Assembly: GCA_963669175.1 (NCBI GenBank)
Contig: OY769902.1
Span: 3,936,001 to 4,000,000 of the forward strand
Length of the DNA: 64,000 bases
Source: a bacterium
Lineage (GTDB): Bacteria; Electryoneota; Electryoneia; Electryoneales; Electryoneaceae
Reading direction: 5' to 3'
Position numbers and translations under genes: made by a program
The notes under the pieces: generated by a model
Seen by the model: only the letters and a program-made list of their open reading frames with translations
Told to the model about the DNA's origin: nothing
Databases searched by the model: none
In this document: one piece after another, positions 20,148 through 30,502 of the stretch
Position numbering within the stretch: position 1 is the stretch's first letter
How the letters are laid out: every line of letters begins with the position of its first letter

Positions 20148-20386
20148 TCCACACTATTGACCTCATTTCCCTCAAATGCGTTGGGTACTTGTCTGACTGT
20201 AACTGATCCTCTGGAATACCTCAATTCCACACACAATAATCGCCTCAATTCTGCAAACAAAAGTCGCCTCTGGTTGATATCGATGCTCGAAAACAATGTC
20301 GCATTGCGCTCAATGCATAGGCATAACCACTTCTTCGAAAAACAATTTCTATCCCATTCCAAACAGCGAGACACCTAAAAACAGAA

Positions 20387-20410
20387 AACCGCCTCAAAAA
20401 AAGGCGGTTC
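20387..20410 (-). terminator. Intrinsic terminator after tatA
   Basis: AACCGCCT...AGGCGGTT hairpin followed by TTCTGTTTT on the minus strand. Confidence 0.65.
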
Positions 20411-20432
20411 TATATCAGCAGTCAAACCTGAC

Positions 20433-20624
20433 TCAGTCTTTATCTTCGGGGATCTTTTTGTTCTCGTCCTCTTCGTCCTTGATCCCCTTCTTGAACTCCT
20501 TCACCCCGGTTCCAAGGCCACGCATCATCTCAGGAATCTTGCGACCGCCGAACAGCAGTAGCACGACAGCCACAACCAGGATGATCTCCCAATGCCCGGG
20601 AATATATAACAGGACAAAATGCAT
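20433..20624 (-). CDS. tatA: Twin-arginine translocase TatA/E subunit
   Basis: [39 protein letters not shown]. Confidence 0.93.
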   Translation of the reverse strand: MHFVLLYIPGHWEIILVVAVVLLLFGGRKIPEMMRGLGTGVKEFKKGIKDEEDENKKIPEDKD

Positions 20625-20632
20625 GAGATCTC

Positions 20633-21028
20633 CTACTCGTCGGCCTGTTGTTCTGAAAACAGGTTGATGATCTTGACCATTACCGTGGTCTCAAGGTATT
20701 CAAGATCAATCGGCTTTGTCACAAAATCAGCGGCGCCAAGCTTCAAGGCTTCACGGCCGATACTGATTTCCTGGACTGCCGTAACCATGATAACGCCAAC
20801 ATCCGGATCAACCTTGCGAATAGCACGTAGTGTTTCAATGCCATCCATCTCCGGCATGCGAACATCAAGCAGAATAATATGTGGCTTGAAGACCCGCAAT
20901 TTTTCAACAGCTTCCTGACCGCTGTTGGCCACTTCCGGCGTATACTGTTTCATCCGGAAAAACGCTGCGAGGAAATCGGTGATGTCCGTTTCGTCGTCAA
21001 CGATCAGAATCCGTCCTTTGCTTTCCAT
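20633..21028 (-). CDS. Single-domain response regulator (REC)
   Basis: Motifs [29 protein letters not shown]. Start placed at MESKG. Confidence 0.92.
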   Translation of the reverse strand: MESKGRILIVDDETDITDFLAAFFRMKQYTPEVANSGQEAVEKLRVFKPHIILLDVRMPEMDGIETLRAIRKVDPDVGVIMVTAVQEISIGREALKLGAADFVTKPIDLEYLETTVMVKIINLFSEQQADE

Positions 21029-21120
21029 GAAACTCTCTTGTAAGGCCTGTTTCTTTTCCGAACCTAATTTAACAAAAGTAAAACCCAAATACTCCACATT
21101 CAAGCCGGAATCCACACCTT

Positions 21121-22026
21121 TTACAGTTCCCGGTCCCTTTTATTGGAGGACAATGTATGTTGCCGGGCGAGCTCCTCCGCACGATAGGAGGATCTGACCA
21201 GAGGACCACTCGCAACATATTCATATCCTATTGATTTTGCGTACTCTTCATACTGTTCAAACTGTTCCGGCGTGACATAGCGAACGACGGGAAGATGGTG
21301 CCCGGAAGGCGCCAGGTACTGGCCGATTGTGATGCTGACAACGCCCGCCTCTCGAGCGAGTTTCATGGTTTTCTGGATTTCCTCGTCGGTCTCACCCAAG
21401 CCTACCATGATGCCTGTCTTCACAGGGATATCCCCCGGATGTTCCGAGGCAATGCGAAGCGCCGCGAGAGAATCCTGAAAACTTGCTCGTCGGTCCCGTA
21501 TCTGACTGGTCAATCGTTCAACTGTTTCAAGATTGTGAGCAAAAACATCCGGCTGCGCATCAAGCACATGAAAAATGGCTTCCCGGTCCACCTGGAAGTC
21601 CGGAGTAAGCACTTCAATGCCTACGTCGGGACAATGCCTGCGTACCTGCCTGATCACCTCCGCAAAATGCCCCGCTCCAAAATCGGGGAGATCATCACGA
21701 TCCACCGAAGTGATCACTGCGTAGTGAATCCCCAGCTCTGCAATGGACTGGGCCACATGCTCTGGTTCTTCGGGATCGAGTGGCAGTGGTTTCCCGCTGG
21801 TCACATCACAGAATTTGCAGTGACGGGTACAGATGGCGCCCATGATGAGAAATGTGCAAGTCCCACGGTTGTAACATTCACCCCGGTTGGGGCAGTCGGA
21901 TTCCTCACAAACCGTATGCAACCCAAGTTCACGCAGACTCTTGCGAACTCGTTTTGCTTCAGCCGTTTTCTGCCACTGCGTCCGTATCCAGCGTGGTTTG
22001 CGCAGCGTGTCTACCTTTACGCTCAT
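21121..22026 (-). CDS. lipA: Lipoyl synthase
   Basis: Motifs CEESDCPNRGEC, CTRHCKFC and C-terminal VRSSY. Confidence 0.96.
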   Translation of the reverse strand: MSVKVDTLRKPRWIRTQWQKTAEAKRVRKSLRELGLHTVCEESDCPNRGECYNRGTCTFLIMGAICTRHCKFCDVTSGKPLPLDPEEPEHVAQSIAELGIHYAVITSVDRDDLPDFGAGHFAEVIRQVRRHCPDVGIEVLTPDFQVDREAIFHVLDAQPDVFAHNLETVERLTSQIRDRRASFQDSLAALRIASEHPGDIPVKTGIMVGLGETDEEIQKTMKLAREAGVVSITIGQYLAPSGHHLPVVRYVTPEQFEQYEEYAKSIGYEYVASGPLVRSSYRAEELARQHTLSSNKRDREL

Positions 22027-23401
22027 CTACTTTCACCAGAAGAATAATACCAACGACAAAGAAAAACACCAGGGAAACAATACCGACCCTGAGCGAACCT
22101 GTAACCCAGACCACCAGGCCATAAACCAGTGGTCCCATAATCGTTGAAAGCTTTCCGCCAACAGCGAAGAAGCTGAAGAATTCAGCTTCATGCCCTTGTG
22201 GAACAAATGTGGAAAGCAAGCCGCGAGCCACAGACTGGCTTGCGCCCATGACCATACCTACCACTACGCCAAGCGCATAATACTCACGTATTGGGTGCCC
22301 GCTCCACCCGATAAAGTAAGCAGCAACGACAACACCGCACCAGATGACAAGTGTCAGCACCAGCGACCACTTGTTCCCCATCCACTCCGTCAGTTTTCCG
22401 AACAGGGTCGAGCCGAAAAAAGCGGTAAACTGAATCATGAGGAAGAACATGACCAGTTGCCCGGCGTCCATACCCAACTCCTGTCCACCGAAAATGGAGG
22501 CCATGCGTATTACGGTTTCAATACCCTCGGAGAAGAACAGGTAAGCTATCAGAAACCGCGCCATTTCCTTGTAATGCCCGAGATGACGAAGGGTCGTGCT
22601 TAGCCTGTGGATAGCATCTCGAGCGCTTTCCATATAGCCTGCTGTAGCGCGAGGCATCCGTTCACGAACATTTAACAGCAGTGGAATGGAAAACAGCAGC
22701 CACCAGATGGAAACGCTGAGAAAAGTATGCTGCACAGTAAATAACGGAAATGATGCTGTGTAGCCGGTAAAACCGTTGCCACTTCCCATTGACGGTAATG
22801 TGAGAACAAAAGGAACTTTCAGCATGGCCAGGTTGATCGCCAGTAATGTTCCCCCGCCGATGTACCCTATCCCCCATCCCCAGCCGGAGACCTTGCCGGC
22901 TTCATCCGGTGTGGCGATTTCATTGAGAAGCGCGTTGTAATACACATTTCCTGCTGCAAAACCGATGTTGGCGACAATGAACCACAGCCCGCCCTTCAAC
23001 CAGTCACCCGGCCCCACTGTAGCCAGCATGGCTGTGCCAATAACACCCATGAACAGGAATAATGCCAGGAAGCGTTTCTTCGCGACCCGCGCATCGGCCC
23101 ATGCGCCAAAGAAAGGAGAGCTTAGCACCACAATACTCATGGCGATGGCGATGATAAAGGTGAACATCGTCGCGCCGGGCACACGAAACGTATGTTCGAA
23201 TGCCGATATCAAGGTGCCTTGAGCGCCACCTGCGACAACATCGGAATAGTAGAAATTGTAGATGACTGCCAGAATGGTTGTTGCAAACGCGGAGTTCGCA
23301 AAATCATAGAAGCACCAGGATAGTACCTCTTTCCTTCCGGCTTTACTTGTCGTGAACAATCGGATGAATCGCTCTCCCCTGAAAAACAACCCCTGCCGCA
23401 T
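21959..23401 (-). CDS. MFS transporter, Atg22/UMF1-like
   Basis: Motifs SWCFYDFANSAF, VSGWGWGIGYIGG, GASQSVARG; about 12 TM segments. Start uncertain. Confidence 0.85.
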   Translation of the reverse strand: MRQGLFFRGERFIRLFTTSKAGRKEVLSWCFYDFANSAFATTILAVIYNFYYSDVVAGGAQGTLISAFEHTFRVPGATMFTFIIAIAMSIVVLSSPFFGAWADARVAKKRFLALFLFMGVIGTAMLATVGPGDWLKGGLWFIVANIGFAAGNVYYNALLNEIATPDEAGKVSGWGWGIGYIGGGTLLAINLAMLKVPFVLTLPSMGSGNGFTGYTASFPLFTVQHTFLSVSIWWLLFSIPLLLNVRERMPRATAGYMESARDAIHRLSTTLRHLGHYKEMARFLIAYLFFSEGIETVIRMASIFGGQELGMDAGQLVMFFLMIQFTAFFGSTLFGKLTEWMGNKWSLVLTLVIWCGVVVAAYFIGWSGHPIREYYALGVVVGMVMGASQSVARGLLSTFVPQGHEAEFFSFFAVGGKLSTIMGPLVYGLVVWVTGSLRVGIVSLVFFFVVGIILLVKVDERKGRHAAQTTLDTDAVAENG

Positions 23402-23455
23402 CCGGCAGGGGCAATATACGCAACAAGATGTTCGGTATCAGCGAAACAACGCTAT

Positions 23456-24493
23456 TTATTCCGAAAGCAATCCTTCCACCATCGTGCTGAGTTCTTCATA
23501 CTCTACCGCCCCCACACGATACTGGATAATCCCTTCCTCATCCACCAGGAAATTGGTAGGAAAATCCATAATGCTATATAATTCCTGGATGATGTGCTGC
23601 CAATTGTCACCGTTGTACAGCATCGGAAAAGTTAAACCGATATCCTTCACATCCTGGAATTCTGGAATATTATCGTTGTTGTATCCTGCGTTGACAGCTA
23701 GAATACGGAATCCAGCATCCTGATGATCCTGGTACACCTGTTCCAATCCGGGAAATTCCGCCCTGCAGGGAGCGCATTCAGAGTGCCAGAAATTGACCAG
23801 CAGAACACGTCCACGGTATTGCGCTGGCGAGAAAGGGCCACCGGAGAAGTCCGTCCCGGTAAAGCTGTTCAATTCAAATTCAGGCGCCAGTGTTCCCACA
23901 GTATTGCCGGTTTCAACCTCTTCCAGGGTAAAACTGAGCGTCGCTGAATCAGCGGCAACCGCATCCAGAGCATAACCGGACGGAGACACAGTTTTCATCC
24001 CGGGCGCATAACAGGAAATGAAGTATTCACCGGGCGTCAACAGGAATTCAGCAGGCGTTGTATACTCGGAAAGCTGGTCGTCAACAATCACAATTGCATT
24101 TTCCGCATCAGATTCAACAAATACACTTTGGTTGTTGAAAACACTTGTATCCGGTTCATTGAACTGCAAGACAGCAAACGCTGTATCCGGCGGAACAAGC
24201 TCAACCGTCTGCGTCACAGTAACATATCCCTGGCCCGGACGCACGGAAACTGTGTACTGCCCTTCGATCTTGTTACTGATCACGGCAGGCGTACGCAGGG
24301 TCTGGAGCTGGTCGTTGATAAATATCGAAGCTCCTTCGATGCTGTCGCCAGTTGTTGTATCCACCGCGGACACACTGATCACCCCACGTGCGGGCAGATC
24401 GGTCTCCTCGATCTCACACCCGATAACTGCCAGGCACAACAATACACACACTATCAGCGTCGGTCCCTGCATGAAACCGTAACGTCGCTGCAT
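23456..24493 (-). CDS. Lipoprotein with PEGA-like repeats and a C-terminal TlpA/redoxin domain
   Basis: Lipobox VIGC; xTPA repeats; LVNFWHSECAPC, FPTNFLVDEEG; AAGGAG RBS before ATG 24493. Confidence 0.85.
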   Translation of the reverse strand: MQRRYGFMQGPTLIVCVLLCLAVIGCEIEETDLPARGVISVSAVDTTTGDSIEGASIFINDQLQTLRTPAVISNKIEGQYTVSVRPGQGYVTVTQTVELVPPDTAFAVLQFNEPDTSVFNNQSVFVESDAENAIVIVDDQLSEYTTPAEFLLTPGEYFISCYAPGMKTVSPSGYALDAVAADSATLSFTLEEVETGNTVGTLAPEFELNSFTGTDFSGGPFSPAQYRGRVLLVNFWHSECAPCRAEFPGLEQVYQDHQDAGFRILAVNAGYNNDNIPEFQDVKDIGLTFPMLYNGDNWQHIIQELYSIMDFPTNFLVDEEGIIQYRVGAVEYEELSTMVEGLLSE

Positions 24494-24682
24494 GGCACTT
24501 CTCCTTCGTTGACCGATCCACATGCCAGTATCCCAGAAAATACAAGAATTGAGAAGCATTTCAAAGCCTGTCTTAATTCATATCCTGTGATCGCCGCCTC
24601 ATAAGCAGCAAGAATAATTCATTGATATCACTATTCTTACAACAACCAACACAATCAACTTCGCTCAGGAAAACAAATCCAA

Positions 24683-27043
24683 CTACCCGTGCCACCAATG
24701 CAGCATGCTATCCAGCAACACTTCCCTGTCATCGGTGACGTCCGAATCAGCCAACCATTCCGGCGCAATGGTTTCATATTGAGGCGTGGCGAAACGATCC
24801 CCGACGAACAGAAGGATTCCACGTTGATCCGGATTTCGAAGCAATCGGCCACTGGCTTGCACTACAGTCCGCATCGCCGGGATGGCATAAGTTTCCAGGT
24901 ATCCCGCCTCACCACGTTCATCGAGCACGGTACGAAGAATCTCGTTCTCCGGTGTAATAGGCGGCAACGCAGGACCAATCACTGCCAATCCATTGTACGC
25001 GCCAACCGCAAGGTCTACACCTTCACGCAGGGGACCGTGTATCTCCAGCACATGGACTTGCGGTTTGGAATCTCGTGAAGCGTTATGGATCAGGAACCGC
25101 ATGACTTTCTGATCTCCGCCACGTATCGCCAGCGTATTGATATCCGTCCTGCTTTTCAACGCCAGGGTCAACCATTCCTGGTACTGTTTCGACGACACAA
25201 AAACCAGCCATGCGCCCCCGGTTGTCATCTCTGCATCCGCGAGAAGATCCGCCAGGTCTACCAGCGTGTTTTCACGGTCCCGCGCACGAGTCGACACCCC
25301 AGAGTAGCGGATAACCAGCCGATGATCGCGTAATATTGTATCCGGAGCCTGTAGCGTATCCGTATGCTCACCATCCAGTCCCAGTTCCTTCAGGATGACC
25401 TGAAACGGGGATAGTGTAGCGGAGAACGCAATCACTGATGAACAGCACTGCCATCGTGGTTGCAGGTACGAGGCGGGCGTGACCAATACCATATTCAGCA
25501 TCGGGGCGGGAATATCACGGCTGGCATAGGTGGCAAAGGAAGCAAGCCGCCCGGTAGCGAAAGCCGCAGCATGAATTGCTCTCAACACATCATCGGTCTC
25601 GTCACCCTGCTCGCTTCGCCCCGTACTGAGTACCAACGCGCATTCCTGCAACGGTGTGATCAGGTGATCCAATTCGGAATCCAGCCGGGTATAGAGAACC
25701 GTCTGATCCTCATCAAAAATTTCATCAAAAACGTCTCTGGCCCTGACAAGGAACTGACGGATCAACGCGCCAGCCTGACGTTCGATCAAACCGCCAAGCA
25801 TTTCCAGTTCCTGCCCCTTCTCTTCCAGTTGTATCAGGTTCAGGTGAACCAGTTGTGAAGCCCGCAACCGGTCCACAATACCATGCGCTTCATCCATCAA
25901 CAGGATCGTGCGTGGATGACGGTGATCTTCAGCGGTGAACCAGCCTGACGGTTGCATGAAAGGCTGGATGAAATAATTCTGATCACCGATCAGTACGTCC
26001 GCCATTCGAGTCAGGTCTTTTTGTAATCGTCTGGGGCAAACATCCTGCTCATCAGCAAGTTTGACCAGTTCCTTGCGTGAAAGAATGCCCTCGAAGCGTT
26101 CCCACGCTTTCTCTGCCCATTCCGGCGGTTCCCAGGGATCAAAAAGCGTTTCCACACGTCCTGCTTCACGACAGGCGCAGTATTCATCCACACAAAGCCG
26201 TTCACCGGCAGTCAGGTTTAGAATCCGTCCACGCGCCTCAACTGGAATCGCAGCACGGACCAGTTTTATCCTGTCGTTCTGCTGCGCAGTCCGTGACGTT
26301 GCATAGGCTACACGTTGACGAGTAGAAGCGGCATGTTTCAGCGCTGTTATCAGGATTGGCGCCGTCTTGCCGCTTCCAGTCGGCGCTTCGAGTAGCAGGT
26401 TTCGTTTGTTGTCCAGCGCCTTTGCTACCGCGTCTTCCATTTCACGCTGGTTGATCCGGTATTCCGGGTAGGGCCAGTAAATTCGCCGTGCCGCTTTCGC
26501 ACGTTCCTCCAGGCGCTTTTCTTCTTTCTCGAACCAGCGCAGGATGATATGCAGGCGCTCCATGATCACTGTTTCAAGGTGTATCATTTCCGGATCGATG
26601 ACACTTCGCACCGATTCTCCGGTCCACAGGTCAACTCGTGTCAGGCAAACCTTGACCAGGTCACCGGTCAACCGTTGTTGCATCCAGGAGTAGATTTCTC
26701 CCTGCAAACGGTGCGAATCCAGCGGTTCCCCCTCCAATCCGCTGGTAACACTTTTGATCTCTTCAACAACGGTGAATTGTTTCATTTTCCAGCGGCCATC
26801 AATTCGACCACGGAGGAAGACGGTATGCTCGCCAATTTCCAGTTTGACCTCAAGCGGAACTTCAACTTCATAGGAAGGTTTTTTCGTGGCCTGGTATTCG
26901 GTGTATTGCTGATGGGCACGTTGCCCGAGTAGCGAACGGTCGGCGACTGTCCAGCTCCGGGATTCGCTGCGTCGTTCTTTCCAGAGCAGATCGCTGACGG
27001 AAATACGTAGAGATCGTGTATGTGCGTCAAATCGTGGAGGCAT
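24683..27043 (-). CDS. DinG/XPD (Rad3)-family helicase with an N-terminal PD-(D/E)XK nuclease domain
   Basis: Nuclease GRIDG...EEIKS...LQGEIY; helicase EAPTGSGKT, DEAH, FSATL, EGVD, QASGRLLR; Cys cluster. Confidence 0.85.
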   Translation of the reverse strand: MPPRFDAHTRSLRISVSDLLWKERRSESRSWTVADRSLLGQRAHQQYTEYQATKKPSYEVEVPLEVKLEIGEHTVFLRGRIDGRWKMKQFTVVEEIKSVTSGLEGEPLDSHRLQGEIYSWMQQRLTGDLVKVCLTRVDLWTGESVRSVIDPEMIHLETVIMERLHIILRWFEKEEKRLEERAKAARRIYWPYPEYRINQREMEDAVAKALDNKRNLLLEAPTGSGKTAPILITALKHAASTRQRVAYATSRTAQQNDRIKLVRAAIPVEARGRILNLTAGERLCVDEYCACREAGRVETLFDPWEPPEWAEKAWERFEGILSRKELVKLADEQDVCPRRLQKDLTRMADVLIGDQNYFIQPFMQPSGWFTAEDHRHPRTILLMDEAHGIVDRLRASQLVHLNLIQLEEKGQELEMLGGLIERQAGALIRQFLVRARDVFDEIFDEDQTVLYTRLDSELDHLITPLQECALVLSTGRSEQGDETDDVLRAIHAAAFATGRLASFATYASRDIPAPMLNMVLVTPASYLQPRWQCCSSVIAFSATLSPFQVILKELGLDGEHTDTLQAPDTILRDHRLVIRYSGVSTRARDRENTLVDLADLLADAEMTTGGAWLVFVSSKQYQEWLTLALKSRTDINTLAIRGGDQKVMRFLIHNASRDSKPQVHVLEIHGPLREGVDLAVGAYNGLAVIGPALPPITPENEILRTVLDERGEAGYLETYAIPAMRTVVQASGRLLRNPDQRGILLFVGDRFATPQYETIAPEWLADSDVTDDREVLLDSMLHWWHG

Positions 27044-27094
27044 GCCGGAAGATAAGGCAAGGAAGTGTATGGGAAAAACAACAGGAGGATTGAT

Positions 27095-27724
27095 TTACAT
27101 CGAGCGGTAAAGCATTTCCTTTTCGATAATAGCAGCGACGCCCGGTGGTACCAGATCACGAATATCCTGCTCTGCTGCGACCATTTCACGAACCTGTGTC
27201 GAAGAAGTATCCATCACGGGAATCTCGATCAACATGACACGATCCAGCCAGGCCGCTGCATTTTCACTGCGCTCTTCTTTCCCGCGGTTCATAACTGCAA
27301 CTTCGACCAGCTCAAGTATTTCCTCCGGTTCACGCCAGCGATAGAAGCTGTTCAGGGCATCCATGCCGAAAATCAGTGTGAAGTGAGTTTCTGGAAAAGT
27401 AGAGGTAAAATGACGAAGTGTTTCAACTGTAAACGAAGGCCCTTCGCGATCAAGTTCAGAAGTATCGATGCAGAAATCAGGGCTATGCCCCAACGCGGCC
27501 TCCAGCATTTGCAGGCGTATCGCGGGGGGTGTCACTTCACGGTCCAGCTTATGAGGACTGACGCGATTCAGGACGAAAAGGATTTTGTCAAGCTGCAATA
27601 TCCTTTGCGCATGTTCCGCCGCGATAAGATGTGCGCGCGTCGGTGGATCGAAGCTCCCGCCGAACAAGCCAACTCGCTCGTTCGGCTTCAGGCTGTACCT
27701 GCCCTTGCCCTCTGTCTCCCCCAC
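27095..27724 (-). CDS. nadD: Nicotinate-nucleotide adenylyltransferase
   Basis: Motifs GLFGGSFDPPTRAH, SPHK, SFTVETL, SSTQVRE. Confidence 0.93.
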   Translation of the reverse strand: MGETEGKGRYSLKPNERVGLFGGSFDPPTRAHLIAAEHAQRILQLDKILFVLNRVSPHKLDREVTPPAIRLQMLEAALGHSPDFCIDTSELDREGPSFTVETLRHFTSTFPETHFTLIFGMDALNSFYRWREPEEILELVEVAVMNRGKEERSENAAAWLDRVMLIEIPVMDTSSTQVREMVAAEQDIRDLVPPGVAAIIEKEMLYRSM

Positions 27725-27735
27725 ACTGCCACCTG

Positions 27736-29109
27736 CTATTTGGAGAACAGTACGATGCCTACCCCTGCGCTGGCGGACAGACCGCTCCAGTCCAATCGCA
27801 TCTTTTCACCGGTCGCGCCTAACGGGATATCATCGGATTCATTGATACGATAGCCCAAGCCCAGGATGACAGAAACCCTGTCCCAGACAAAAGTCTGCAC
27901 CTCAACGAACGGCCGGAATCCAAGCTTTGCTTCATCGTAAGTCGTGTAATAGTTGTTATCATATCCTGAGAAATGAGACAGGAGAGAAACATCCGGCATA
28001 TACCAGCCAATCCCTATACCGGCATACAGATCAATATCTTCCCCCCTGATCACGTGATAACTTGGGGCAATTTCAATCACATTAACCGGAATCTGGAAGG
28101 ACAATTTCCCATCGGAATCCTTGTAGTCTGCATTACCACCCATCCTGTAAGAATATAGGCCGAGCGCTCCCAGGTGCGGCATGACCATACGCAAACCGGC
28201 CTGGTAATTCGTACCGAAACTTATCGTCTCCATCTCTTTTTCTTCATCATCCCAGGCTTCCAGCCGATCATTGACATCGTTCATCTTGTATGTATTGAAG
28301 CCTACAGAGCCGTAAAGTTCAACCCTGAAACTGTGGGATATTTTCTGTGCATGCCCCAGCATACGATTCAACCCATTTCGGGCACGCGGTTCAAGCGCAT
28401 CCTCAGAATACTTGGACAGGAAAGTAGCATACTGATCAATCGCGCCCTGCGTATCAGCTACAGCTTCATAGGTCATTCCCTTTTCAAAGAGAGCCTTGGG
28501 CGCGTATTCGGTATCGTAGTAGTTGTTCAGAACCTCATCGTAATAAATTCGGGCTGCGTCGTATTCCTTGACTTTCTGGTAAAGCCGTCCGTTTTCAAAG
28601 ACCTTTTTCGCCAGTTTATCCCTGATCTCATCGATCATGTCCAAAGCATCACTTTTGTATTCAGAAGCAGGAAACTCTTCCAGAAATAGCTGGAAAGAGT
28701 CAAAAGCCCTGTGGGTGTAGCTTTGGTCGAGCGAATACTTGGGGGAAAGCTTATAAAAGCTCAGGCCCATTTTGTAGGACGCTTCTTCTACCAATGGACT
28801 CTGGGGATATTGCGAGACCAGTTTCTCGTATTCAGCCGCGGCGATGATGTACTCTTTCATCTTGAAATGAGATTCAGCCAGGATGAATTGCGCGGAGTCC
28901 GCCTTTGCTGTACCGGCATGGTTGATCAGGAAGATCTCGAGATGCTCAACCGCATCGAGATATTTCTTCCGTCCATAATAGTTCTGGATCTTTTCCCAGG
29001 CCACATCAGCCGGTTGATCCACCCATTTACGTCTGCCGGCACATCCTGACAGCATTGTCAGCAACATTGCGAACAATAAGAAAGAGGCGAGCCTCATACG
29101 CCACTGCAT
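27736..29109 (-). CDS. bamD: BamD-like TPR lipoprotein fused to a C-terminal beta-barrel-like domain
   Basis: Lipobox LSGC; TPRs, SPKYSLDQSYT, LAKKVFENGRLY; last ~190 aa are amphipathic beta strands. The start overlaps the upstream stop (TGATG). Confidence 0.8.
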   Translation of the reverse strand: MQWRMRLASFLLFAMLLTMLSGCAGRRKWVDQPADVAWEKIQNYYGRKKYLDAVEHLEIFLINHAGTAKADSAQFILAESHFKMKEYIIAAAEYEKLVSQYPQSPLVEEASYKMGLSFYKLSPKYSLDQSYTHRAFDSFQLFLEEFPASEYKSDALDMIDEIRDKLAKKVFENGRLYQKVKEYDAARIYYDEVLNNYYDTEYAPKALFEKGMTYEAVADTQGAIDQYATFLSKYSEDALEPRARNGLNRMLGHAQKISHSFRVELYGSVGFNTYKMNDVNDRLEAWDDEEKEMETISFGTNYQAGLRMVMPHLGALGLYSYRMGGNADYKDSDGKLSFQIPVNVIEIAPSYHVIRGEDIDLYAGIGIGWYMPDVSLLSHFSGYDNNYYTTYDEAKLGFRPFVEVQTFVWDRVSVILGLGYRINESDDIPLGATGEKMRLDWSGLSASAGVGIVLFSK

Positions 29110-29501
29110 CAACGACTCCTGATGGAATAAAGGCCATAGGTAACACCTCCCGCGACAAGGGTTACCGCAACAGGCCACAGCCAGCGGGAATATGCGGATT
29201 CAGCAGGTTCGCTATCAACACCACCGTCTCCGCCGCTGGACTCGAACAAGATACTTGGATATCGTACCCGATCACGACTGTTTTGTTCCGTGAAAGAGGC
29301 TCCGAATTCCTTGTGCTTTCTACTGTTTACCTGATTGGATGCCTCATTGGCCCCGTGGTTTATTGAGCTCCCCATTTCATTCAACAAACCTTGATGATCT
29401 CGAAAGGGCACCGCCTTTTCAGGAGTTCCCACACGATCCGCCCCAAAGGAACAGACCGCAAGCAACACCCCCAAGAATAGAAGCAGGCTCTTTCGTAACA
29501 T
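29109..29501 (-). CDS. Hypothetical exported/membrane protein
   Basis: Signal-like N-terminus and C-terminal TM ending YSIRSR; TGATG coupling on both sides. Confidence 0.6.
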   Translation of the reverse strand: MLRKSLLLFLGVLLAVCSFGADRVGTPEKAVPFRDHQGLLNEMGSSINHGANEASNQVNSRKHKEFGASFTEQNSRDRVRYPSILFESSGGDGGVDSEPAESAYSRWLWPVAVTLVAGGVTYGLYSIRSR

Positions 29502-30502
29502 CACCCGATCTCCATGGTAAGACTCAGCAGGTGAATGGTCTCCCACACTTTATCCGTGCGCTTCTGCACCATAGCGTAATTCAGCATGAACTGAGGGACA
29601 CGAAAGTAATGCCGCTTATCGGTCATGATATGTCGATCCAGCAACCCTATTCCCCACGTGTAATACTGGTCACCAACCTGGGTTGAAGGCATGGTACCGG
29701 CACGAAGGCACAGCCAGTCATTCAACCGGCGTTCGGCTCCGAATCGCGCTTCCAGGGTACGGTCGCCCTCCTCCTTGAAAACATTTCGCACATCGAAGGT
29801 CAACAGGGTCAAACGGTCCGGTTCGTAACTGATGCCGACATTTACAGTCTGGTCCTCCACTCCTGAGAGGAACCTGCGCGAATCACTGAAACCGTCAGGC
29901 AGTTCGGCGAAGAAAACACCGATGTTAAAGTTAGGCCCCGGCTCAAGATAAACGCCATATGAAGCGCCGTAAGCATGAATTCCCTGCTCGCGAATATAAG
30001 CGGAAAGTGTTCCTCCCACTTTCACTCGTGGCGTTATGGTAAATACCAGGAATCCCTGGCTGCGATAACGCTCGGGAGTTCCACGTAACTCAAACAGTTC
30101 TTCAGACCCGGCGGACGGTAAATCAAACTCCTCTTCGCCTAATAAGACACCTATAGTGAAGGGGGACCGGTATACCGTGATTCCCCGTAATAAGAAACCG
30201 GCATGCGCCACAGGTGATTTTCCCGGAATACTCTCACCGGCAAGAAAATCGGCAGAATACCCAATGGCAGCCGCAGGATTGATATTGAAGGAGATGTGCA
30301 GCTTCTCCGGCTCGAAACCGTCATTATAGCGTGATATTGTAGCTGGATTATACAAAGCAGACTCGAGTCCGCCCAACCGAGCCGTAACTGCGCCAGCCAT
30401 GGCTATCGGAGTCGCTTCAAGGGTTGAGAAACTAAAGATGCGTTGCGCCCTGGCACTGGAGCATAAAAGCAGCAGTATCAACAAGAGCGATGACTTACGC
30501 AT
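29501..30502 (-). CDS. Outer-membrane beta-barrel, PorV/FadL-like
   Basis: Signal peptide; ATPIAMAGAVTA...SALYNPAT and RFGAE...LCLRAG motifs. Confidence 0.65.
   Translation of the reverse strand: MRKSSLLLILLLLCSSARAQRIFSFSTLEATPIAMAGAVTARLGGLESALYNPATISRYNDGFEPEKLHISFNINPAAAIGYSADFLAGESIPGKSPVAHAGFLLRGITVYRSPFTIGVLLGEEEFDLPSAGSEELFELRGTPERYRSQGFLVFTITPRVKVGGTLSAYIREQGIHAYGASYGVYLEPGPNFNIGVFFAELPDGFSDSRRFLSGVEDQTVNVGISYEPDRLTLLTFDVRNVFKEEGDRTLEARFGAERRLNDWLCLRAGTMPSTQVGDQYYTWGIGLLDRHIMTDKRHYFRVPQFMLNYAMVQKRTDKVWETIHLLSLTMEIG

Noticed and set aside
19862-20374. 170-aa minus-strand ORF and overlapping short ORFs
   Set aside because: They span the palindromic repeat, have no recognisable motif and are probably spurious.
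24683-27043. Type IV CRISPR (CasDinG) or Cas4 adaptation module
   Set aside because: No cas genes or array nearby; the context is housekeeping.
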